From Octopus bimaculoides (taxonomy: Eukaryota), in contig NC_068981.1 of NCBI RefSeq assembly GCF_001194135.2, positions 2,408,575 through 2,472,574 on the forward strand: a stretch of 64,000 nt of DNA, in the 5' to 3' direction. Below the pieces are notes generated by a model. The model ran no database searches. It was not told the origin of the DNA and saw only the letters and a list, made by a program, of their open reading frames with translations. Positions 59,204-64,000 of the stretch are shown piece after piece (positions within the stretch are counted from its first letter, which is position 1; every line of letters starts with the position of its first letter). Both the position numbers and the translations under genes were made by a program.

Positions 59204-61349
59204 CATATATATAATGGGCTTCTTTCAGTTTCCGTTTACCAAATCCACTCACAAGGCTTTGATCAGCCTGAGGCTATAGTAGAAGGCACTTGCCCAAGGT
59301 GCCACACAGTGGGACTGAACTCGGAACCATGTGGTTGGGAAGCAAGCGTCTTACCACTCAGCCACTCCTGTACCTGTTTACTTTTTAAGTCTACTACTTT
59401 TACAGAATTGCTAAGAGGACATAAACAAACCCACACCAGTGTTCAAGCAAGCTGGTTGGTGGAGTAACAAACACACGCACGACATACTTTCATACAGTTT
59501 CTGCTCTCCTGATTTCACTCACGTAACATTGAACTGAAGGTTTTAGTAGAAGACACGTGTTTAAAGTGCCACAGTGTGAGATGGAAATTGAAACCTTTTG
59601 CTTATCAGGCAACCTAATCAACCATCCTACTTTGCCTGGAGTTTATTTAAAAGCAAATTTCATTCAACTCATGTGTCTTACAGTGTTATCATATAACAGC
59701 TTATGTGACAGACCTTATTTATATAAATTGGTTTTCTTGTCAGTCAAGTAGGCCTGACAGCTAGGTTATCTTTGTTTTAACTGAGAAAAGTGATTGACAG
59801 ATAGTTGCTATCCTAAATTCTTCTTAGTATTAAGCTCATTTGTTATTAACATTGTAATTATTATTAATATTCTTTTAGCTCTGGCTTTTGCTGGGACTCC
59901 TGGAGTTTTGTATCAGTAGTGGGCTTGCTGCCTGCAGCCTACAGCACCATGGTATTTGTTCTCTTTGACTATCTCATACTTTCCTGGTGCTTCTGGCTAT
60001 GCCAATGAGGCAAACCTGTGCCGGTGGCACGTAAAAAGCACCATTCAAGCATGGTCGATGCCAGTGCCGCCTGACTGGCCCTCGTGCCGGTGGCACATAA
60101 AAAGCATCCACTACACTCTCAGAGTGGTTGGCATTAGGAAGGGCATCCAGCTGTAGAAACTTTGCCAGATCAGATTGGAGCCTGGTGCAGCCTTCTGGCT
60201 TGCTGGCCCTCAGTCAAACTGTCTAACCCATGCCAACATGGAAAGTAGATGTTAAACAGCAATGATGATGATGATAAAAGTGGCAAGCTAACTGAATTAT
60301 CAGAGCATCAGGGAAAGAGAATGCTTTGTGGTATTCTGACTGTTGAGGTTGATTTTGCCTTTCGTTCTTTCAGGGGCAATAAAATAAATACCAGTTGAGC
60401 GCTGGGATCGAAGTAGTCAACTAAATCCTTCCCACTAAAATTGCTAGATTTGTGCCTAAGTCAGAAACCATTCTTGTCACTGATTTTTTTTGCCTTTTAT
60501 TTTTCCAGGATTGTTAAGTACCAGTGGTGTATTGACTGTACTCTTCCAACAAATTCTTTGGTCTTGTACAAATATTAGAACTTACCATTACGTAAAATGC
60601 ACCATTCGAGCGTGGCTGATGCCAGTGGCACATAAAGCATCATTTGAGCATGGCCGATGCTGATTGACTGGCGTGTAAAAAGCACCGTTCGAGTGTGGCC
60701 GATGCCAATGGCACATAAAAAGCATCATTTGAACATGGCCGATGCCGGTAGCACATAAAAGCACCCATTACACTCTCAGAGTGGTTGGCGTTAGGAAAGG
60801 TTTCCAGCTGTAGAAACCTTTTCAAATCAGATTGGAGCGTGGTGCAGCCTGGTGGCTTGCCAGTTCTCAGTCAAACCGTTCACCCAGGCATGGACAGCAG
60901 ACGTTAAACGATGACAATGATGATGATGATTAGCAACCACTTCATTTGTTCATTCTGTGTCCATTTTGTCCAGAATAGTATGGGTTAGATCAGTGGTTCT
61001 CAAGCAAGGTCCGTATAACCCTTAGGGCTACTGCAGCATCTTGCCTGTCAAACGTGTACATCTATTAATTATGATACATAGATGATTATTTCAATTTAAT
61101 ACTGCTTCAATTATGCACACCATATATATATATAGATATTGTCCTTCTAATTTGTAATTTTTGTTTCCTTTCTAGGAATTATTGTTGCTTAGGCATCACC
61201 ACGAAGCTGAATCCTTATTTGCAGTTCAGAAGATGGACTGGGAATGGAAAATGAAAGAAGTTTCTGACTTGAACAATATGCCTGTTGTTGATGATCTCCA
61301 TGTACCGATGGTACAAGTGAATGATGACTTTGATCTATTACCATCTTAG
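20510..61349 (+). CDS. ANKRD11/ANKRD12: Ankyrin repeat domain-containing protein 11/12 orthologue; 13 coding exons: join(20510..20581,26487..26574,29951..30133,30721..30903,33400..33542,34726..34948,36580..38481,47406..47665,50321..50449,54555..54653,55589..55732,57315..57410,61176..61349); 1231 aa
   Basis: All introns are GT-AG with matching phases, and the summed length of 3696 nt is 1231 codons plus TAG. Family hallmarks are present in order: PLSERQQMALLMKMT, ankyrin repeats ([17 protein letters not shown]...[17 protein letters not shown]...DTPLHDA), HPRKRK, and the C-terminal domain ending VPMVQVNDDFDLLPS*, which closely resembles the human ANKRD11 C-terminus. The start codon is uncertain (20510, 20543 or 20552). 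Confidence 0.93.
20718..20846. repeat. Tail-to-tail pair of RTE 3' ends forming a hairpin of about 57 bp
   Basis: 20718-20774 against 20787-20846: six transition differences plus a short tail offset, separated by a (TA)n spacer. Confidence 0.85.
20788..21200 (-). mobile_element. RTE 3'-UTR copy with four internal 66-bp tandem units
   Basis: (GAT)n tail and the GGCGTTAGGAAGGGCATCCAGC-type core; units start at 20951, 21017, 21083 and 21149. Confidence 0.85.
21684..22377. repeat. Long inverted repeat with a perfect 151-bp inner stem and a 148-nt loop
   Basis: 21799-21949 is the exact reverse complement of 22098-22248, including (CT)7/(AG)7. The outer arms are diverged, and the right arm has a 20-nt insertion (22249-22268). 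Confidence 0.95.
23965..24380 (-). mobile_element. RTE 3' end including a piece of the ORF C-terminus
   Basis: Same 3' UTR core as 1511-1830, plus GTCATTGCCTCTGTGAGGCCCAAC homologous to about 2035-2056. Confidence 0.75.
25030..25254 (-). mobile_element. tRNA-derived SINE, family B (variant 3' end)
   Basis: Reverse complement of the family B head and centre. Confidence 0.8.
25837..26190 (+). mobile_element. tRNA-derived SINE, family A
   Basis: B-box GGTTCAGTCCC, CORE-like segment and the family 3' end. Confidence 0.8.
26487..26574 (+). CDS. ANKRD11/ANKRD12: Coding exon 2 (EKTILKAVQSDGKGMKRKIIMPSSPQEEE)
   Basis: ttttag|GAG acceptor and GAAG|gtaaga donor; 88 nt, phase 0 to 1. The MKRK string resembles the SKRKL motif of ANKRD11. 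Confidence 0.8.
26630..27240 (+). mobile_element. Decayed CR1/L2/Jockey-type LINE, RT C-terminal part
   Basis: FDAGKTK...LSLTLTKDLPWKKHVQS..SAAKKVG...PCVEYC and SSFSRTAALWNSLP match the typical FN..KT / L.W..HI / EYC / RT..LWNSLP series. Confidence 0.75.
28370..29012 (+). mobile_element. Helitron PIF1-family helicase C-terminal fragment (pseudogenised)
   Basis: RVILSPKN, FLNSL, LLRNLSISQGLCNGT, VLIPRI, RLQFPLRL, PVFSHGQLYVAFSRA and TQNIVYHEVL* are Helitron helicase motifs; frameshifts and stops are present. Confidence 0.9.
29410..29680 (+). mobile_element. RTE 3'-UTR copy
   Basis: GGTTGGTGTTAGGAAGGGCATCCAGCCGTAGAA core and (GAT)n tail. Confidence 0.85.
29951..30133 (+). CDS. ANKRD11/ANKRD12: Coding exon 3 (VIDKKGTPQKRKR...PLSERQQMALLMKMTDESSQG)
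   Basis: ttttccag| acceptor and G|gtaggt donor; 183 nt, phase 1-1. Contains the ANKRD11/12 signature PLSERQQxALLMxMT. Not in the ORF track. Confidence 0.95.
30721..30903 (+). CDS. ANKRD11/ANKRD12: Coding exon 4, first ankyrin repeat (DSSPK...[38 protein letters not shown])
   Basis: caacag| acceptor, with an alternative in-frame aag| at 30714; CAG|gtaaaa donor; canonical ankyrin TPLH motif. Confidence 0.95.
32113..32368. mobile_element. hAT (Charlie-like) MITE with an 8-bp TSD
   Basis: TIRs CACTGGTTCTCAAC / GCTTGAAAACCACTG; TSD CTTTAGAT at 32105-32112 and 32369-32376. Confidence 0.9.
33400..33542 (+). CDS. ANKRD11/ANKRD12: Coding exon 5, ankyrin repeats ([48 protein letters not shown])
   Basis: aaag|GT TGG acceptor and AAG|gtaaat donor; 143 nt, phase 1 to 0; two TPLH motifs. 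Not in the ORF track. Confidence 0.95.
34141..34435 (-). mobile_element. RTE 3'-UTR copy
   Basis: (ATC)n followed by the family core on the + strand. Similar copies at about 12525-12790 and 35311-35558. Confidence 0.85.
34726..34948 (+). CDS. ANKRD11/ANKRD12: Coding exon 6, last ankyrin repeat and Ser/acidic linker (LVELLLKHGANPLQSNSRGQTPMDVA...DSE)
   Basis: tttccag| acceptor and AAG|gtactt donor; 223 nt, phase 0 to 1. Confidence 0.93.
35311..35558 (-). mobile_element. RTE 3'-UTR copy
   Basis: Homologous to 34141-34435. Confidence 0.85.
35822..36020 (+). mobile_element. Non-autonomous Helitron-like element, 5' part
   Basis: Starts A^TCTATAATAATA; antisense homologue of the 5' half of 53634-54040. 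Confidence 0.6.
36050..36364 (+). mobile_element. Helentron-associated (HINE/DINE-1-like) non-autonomous element
   Basis: GGAGGTATTGTTTTC start, TGTTTGTTTGTCC...ATATCTCAAGAACTGCTGGATGGATTTGGATGAAACTTT core and CCTTGGTGGAGGT...GAGTGC end. Family assigned from recalled pattern only. Confidence 0.55.
36420..36545 (+). mobile_element. SINE family B, 3' half, directly upstream of the exon 7 acceptor
   Basis: TTTGCCTTTCATC...AAGTACCAGTTGAGCACTGGGG...GGCCTTGTGCCAAAATTTGAAACC. Confidence 0.8.
36580..38481 (+). CDS. ANKRD11/ANKRD12: Coding exon 7, large Ser/Thr-rich low-complexity exon (634 codons)
   Basis: Lies within the 679-aa ORF 36525..38564; ttttgtag| acceptor and AAG|gtatca donor; 1902 nt, phase 1-1, matching both neighbours. 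Confidence 0.9.
39150..39400 (+). mobile_element. tRNA-derived SINE, family D
   Basis: A-box and B-box remnants and a GTGTTCTTGAGCAAAAC...TTGCTCCAGTCCACT centre. Antisense relatives at about 9240-9420, 13600-13810 and 43530-43810. Confidence 0.7.
44190..44600 (+). mobile_element. tRNA-derived SINE, family A, spanning a 10-N gap
   Basis: A-box, B-box, CORE-like segment and the family 3' end. Confidence 0.85.
44690..45375 (-). mobile_element. Second RTE-clade LINE family (BovB-like), RT C-terminal fragment without the PHD insert
   Basis: KTERMVV...KQVSSFNYLGTLIT and QLRFLGHVMRKEGLENLVMT.KIKGKR. Confidence 0.85.
45644..46150 (+). mobile_element. Two tandem family B SINEs separated by (ATT/ACT)n
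   Basis: Heads at about 45644 and 45933; the first has A-box TGGCAGAATCG and B-box GATCAAATTCC. Confidence 0.85.
46195..46505 (-). mobile_element. RLE-type (R4/Dong-like) non-LTR retrotransposon 3' fragment 1
   Basis: PRRPD-MII...KCKIIDFA (with a frameshift), EKTEKYQD and IPMVIGTLG form the PD-(D/E)xK restriction-like endonuclease region. Confidence 0.75.
46530..46849 (-). mobile_element. RLE-type (R4/Dong-like) non-LTR retrotransposon 3' fragment 2, embedded in (TAA)n
   Basis: EKLSKCKDLEIEVTRMWNLKTETIPIIVGALGIIKK; (ATT)n on both sides. Confidence 0.8.
47108..47320 (+). mobile_element. SINE family B whose (ATT)n tail runs to the exon 8 acceptor
   Basis: Family head, B-box GAGTTCAAATTC and the TTTGCCTTTCATCC centre. 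Confidence 0.85.
47406..47665 (+). CDS. ANKRD11/ANKRD12: Coding exon 8 (GLDTQPQ...IHPRKRKLRPK...PPNPYKTYLSIRKQ)
   Basis: tttcag| acceptor and CAG|gtaaga donor; 260 nt, phase 1 to 0. Contains the HPRKRK basic motif typical of the family. Confidence 0.92.
48195..48574. repeat. 26-bp minisatellite (at least 14 units) inside an RTE 3'-UTR copy
   Basis: Unit GTGCTTTTTAYGYGGCACCATCACCM; 7 full units before and 6 after a 10-N gap. Confidence 0.95.
50321..50449 (+). CDS. ANKRD11/ANKRD12: Coding exon 9 (VEDRRKNLTVVHPKAPQGFKDYLMMSCSYVLQGNSASTLSVPM)
   Basis: cctgacag| acceptor and ATG|gttagt donor; 129 nt, phase 0-0. Matches the family FxxYL...YVL-G motif. Not in the ORF track. Confidence 0.92.
50623..50825. 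mobile_element. piggyBac-like MITE
   Basis: TTAA|CCCTGTAGCAT ... ATGCTACAGAG|TTAA. Confidence 0.8.
53634..54040 (-). mobile_element. Non-autonomous Helitron with internal (CA)n expansions
   Basis: The minus strand begins A^TCTACTATAA and ends CTAG^T, the canonical Helitron termini in an A-T target. Confidence 0.7.
54555..54653 (+). CDS. ANKRD11/ANKRD12: Coding exon 10 (LSPPNSVTGSMRDLFLDQEQARYKLRLQHLIEK)
   Basis: ttgtag| acceptor and AAG|gtaaag donor; 99 nt. Matches the conserved LFxxQExxRxKLRLQHxIE motif. Not in the ORF track. Confidence 0.94.
55589..55732 (+). CDS. ANKRD11/ANKRD12: Coding exon 11 (EKLMLSIEQEMLREHARAARAQNNQAVPLSVCTILRDEEIYNLIEVEQ)
   Basis: ttcgtag| acceptor and CAG|gtttgt donor; 144 nt. 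Conserved EKLxxSxEQExLRxHxRAAR and PxSxCTxL motifs. Confidence 0.95.
57315..57410 (+). CDS. ANKRD11/ANKRD12: Coding exon 12 ([32 protein letters not shown])
   Basis: tttctag| acceptor and AAA|gtgaga donor; 96 nt. Conserved RxRxNxRQFISWxQDVxDKY motif. Not in the ORF track. Confidence 0.95.
58830..59375. mobile_element. Two family A SINEs in inverted orientation (58830-58976 on +, 58977-59375 on -)
   Basis: The 5' half of the + copy is complementary to about 59222-59375. Confidence 0.85.
60010..60930 (+). mobile_element. Cluster: RTE 3'-UTR copies (about 60010-60275 and 60590-60930, the latter with short tandem units) and a family B SINE (about 60277-60470)
   Basis: Family cores and (GAT)n tails. 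Confidence 0.8.
61176..61349 (+). CDS. ANKRD11/ANKRD12: Coding exon 13, terminal (ELLLLRHHHEAESLFAVQKMDWEWKMKE...VPMVQVNDDFDLLPS*)
   Basis: tttctag| acceptor; TAG at 61347-61349; strong resemblance to the ANKRD11/12 C-terminus. Not in the ORF track. Confidence 0.95.
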   Translation, partial: ELLLLRHHHEAESLFAVQKMDWEWKMKEVSDLNNMPVVDDLHVPMVQVNDDFDLLPS

Positions 61350-61988
61350 CAAAGGGAGCATTATTACACAGTTTTATAGAGCTTCAAATTGCCATTGAGA
61401 TGGTGTCAACTGTAAAGCCAGTAAGATGAAAAACGGTGTTCTGCTTTCTTCGGCGACTACTTTACAGCATGAAGAAGATTGAGTATTTTTGTGAAATACT
61501 GCGATGCAAATCACCCAGTATAATTATCAGAAGGCTTTTATGACAGATAGCCTTTAGGTATGGGGCTATTGTAAAGATTATTGGGAATAATGTGATCAAT
61601 ATATCATTTATTTTAGATTGAGGAATGCTGCCAAAATCCTTCCTTCTGTTATCTATAACAACACATAACAATTTCTAAATGTCCATTTTTTTATGGCTCA
61701 GCTATATGGTAGCCATGCCTATGTATATGTTTTGGAATAATTTCTGCTGCTGCTGCTGGCCCAGCTAGCAGTCATCTAATCAAAGAAAAATCATATCAAT
61801 CCATTTGTTTCAGTCTGCTAGCTTTAATTTTTTTTTTCTCTTCCCAAAATTAACATAAATACTCCAAAATCTTTTACCTTACTCTTTTCAAATGTGTGCT
61901 TGACTAGAAAATATTGGAGCAGGGGTTTCTGTTGAAAATATGTATAAATGAGTGATAACAATTTTACTATTGATAAGAAACTAGAATT

Positions 61989-61994
61989 AATAAA
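61989..61994 (+). promoter_or_regulatory. Candidate polyadenylation signal of the ANKRD gene (others at 62487 and 63230)
   Basis: AATAAA 640 nt after the stop codon, followed by T/GT-rich sequence. AATAAA also occurs often by chance in AT-rich DNA. Confidence 0.35.
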
Positions 61995-63958
61995 AATTGA
62001 GCCAAATGTTTCTGTATTTGTATGTGCTTGTTTGTTTTTTTGCTTTTGTGACAGGATTCTCTACACAAACCATATTTTGATAAAATTTTGTGATTAATAA
62101 TAACTTTTTGCTGTTTTAATTTTTAAAAGATCTGTCTTTATTTATTTTTTATATTTATAATGGACTGTTTTCTTCGTAATATTATACATTACTTTTCTGT
62201 ATTAATGCTAACTGGTTTGGTCTAGTTAACCTCTTATATCCCTCCAAGAAGAAAAAAAAAAGTACTCTACAATAGAATCTTTCAAAGAAAATGCAGTTAG
62301 AAGAGTGGATTCTAAAATGGTTCAAAATTCATTCATTATTCATCTCCTGTCTTTGATGTGTACGTGTTTTAGAATGTTTGAGTCTGGAAAAATTGGTGGT
62401 GTTTTTATTGCAGGTGAATGTATATATTCAAACTCAAAAAAAAAAAAAATTTTTTTTTTTTTTTCTCCTTGAGGCAAAATGAGATGAATAAATACGTTGA
62501 TATTCTCCATTTGGAAACTCTTTGACACTTTTTCTTTTNNNNNNNNNNNNNNNNNNNNNNNNNNNNNNNNNNNNNNNNNNNNNNNNNNNNNNNNNNNNNN
62601 NNNNNNNNNNNNNNNNNNNNNNNNNNNNNNNNNNNNNNNNNNNNNNNNNNNNNNNNNNNNNNNNNNNNNNNNNNNNNNNNNNNNNNNNNNNNNNNNNNNN
62701 NNNNNNNNNNNNNNNNNNNNNNNNNNNNNNNNNNNNNNNNNNNNNNNNNNNNNNNNNNNNNNNNNNNNNNNNNNNNNNNNNNNNNNNNNNNNNNNNNNNN
62801 NNNNNNNNNNNNNNNNNNNNNNNNNNNNNNNNNNNNNNNNNNNNNNNNNNNNNNNNNNNNNNNNNNNNNNNNNNNNNNNNNNNNNNNNNNNNNNNNNNNN
62901 NNNNNNNNNNNNNNNNNNNNACTATTAGTGATTGTAATTATATGAGGAAAATACCAACTGTATTTAACATTTTTACTGTTTAGAGAAGATTTTATTTATT
63001 ATTTTAATTATTTCCTCAATTTCAATAATTCATTTATCTGTGATTCCATGAATAAGATTTCAGTTAGGACTTTCAAAACAAAAAAAATGTCATTTATGTA
63101 TGTAGCATGACTGCAAAATGAAATTATTTTGATGTGTCTTGGGAGGGTCATTATATCAATAATGAACACATGCATTGGCTGTATTTCACTTCTTTGTTAT
63201 TTATTTGTTAATTGGTCAATTATTTAACCAATAAACTAATCGGTTGGTTATTTGTCAAAGTTCACAACCTCATGAGTGACATGCCCTCCTAGTCCAGGTC
63301 TGTCTCAAACAATCGATTAGGTAATGGGTTAATAAATTGACAAATATTAAAGAAAGAAGTGAAATAGAACCAGTGTTTGAGTTTATTGTTGGCATAATGA
63401 CCCTACCCTGAGATTCAACTAAATATTTCAATACACAAGTTCACATCAAGAATCTTGCAATCCAAATACGAAAATGAAAACTAGAATTAATTTGTAAATC
63501 AAAAATATATTTTAAAAAATGTGAGTATAACAACAAAATTGGAAAGGAGTGCTTTAAATGTTTTAGTTTCCAGAGAAAATTAAGTATTGCTGAACCAATT
63601 TCTCTGTTTCTGGTTTATTTTGATGGGGGTCGGCACCACCTTCTTATATTGTTCTCTCGTTTAAAACTATAAATTGTTTGATGTCTTAGTTGTTTCTTAA
63701 ATCTGACCCCCTTAATGTGTGTGTGTATGTATGTTTGGCAAGGAGGGCCATGTTAGTAAACATTTAGCATCATATTATATTGAATATAAAAGATGTATAT
63801 TTACTTAATGATTGAACATGTGTAGAATAAAAGAAACATGTTTATTTAATTAGTAAGCATTTAATATTGATAAATTTTGTTTCATTTATTCCATATCAGC
63901 AGGACCCGTCATGTAAGATTAAAACGTATATGTGTATGTATATATATGTGTGTGTATA

Positions 63959-64000
<42 letters not shown>

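Larger units (their letters stand above)
4261..62920. other. Assembly gaps: 4261-4548, 8657-8794, 9825-10121, 18194-18301, 18672-18681, 44371-44380, 46874-46992, 48387-48396, 50148-50170, 62539-62920
   Basis: Runs of N, most of them bordered by microsatellites or other low-complexity repeats. Confidence 1.

Overview
AT-rich, repeat-dense animal genomic DNA with ten N-gaps. It is most likely from Octopus (a coleoid cephalopod), inferred from the tRNA-derived SINE and RTE repeat landscape and the microsatellite load; the species cannot be proven from sequence alone. It holds one protein-coding gene on the + strand, the invertebrate orthologue of vertebrate ANKRD11/ANKRD12. I assembled 13 coding exons by hand from 20510 to 61349. 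All junctions are GT-AG and phase-consistent, giving 3696 nt and 1231 aa. Seven of these exons are missing from the supplied ORF track in the correct frame. No promoter or first non-coding exon could be identified. The rest of the window is intronic or flanking DNA filled with decayed LINEs (RTE, CR1/L2-like, R4/Dong-like), several SINE families, MITEs (mariner, hAT, piggyBac-like), Helitron pieces and simple repeats. Most notable observations: (1) a C4HC3 PHD finger inside the reverse transcriptase domain of an RTE LINE; (2) three long RNA hairpins around the first coding exon, one with a perfect 151-bp stem, next to an in-frame uORF closed by a single UGA; (3) a mariner-derived foldback element; (4) a (TAA)n insertion hotspot with an exact 115-bp flanking duplication; (5) two splice acceptors that sit directly in SINE tails. 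All alignments and counts were done by eye, and repeat boundaries are approximate.
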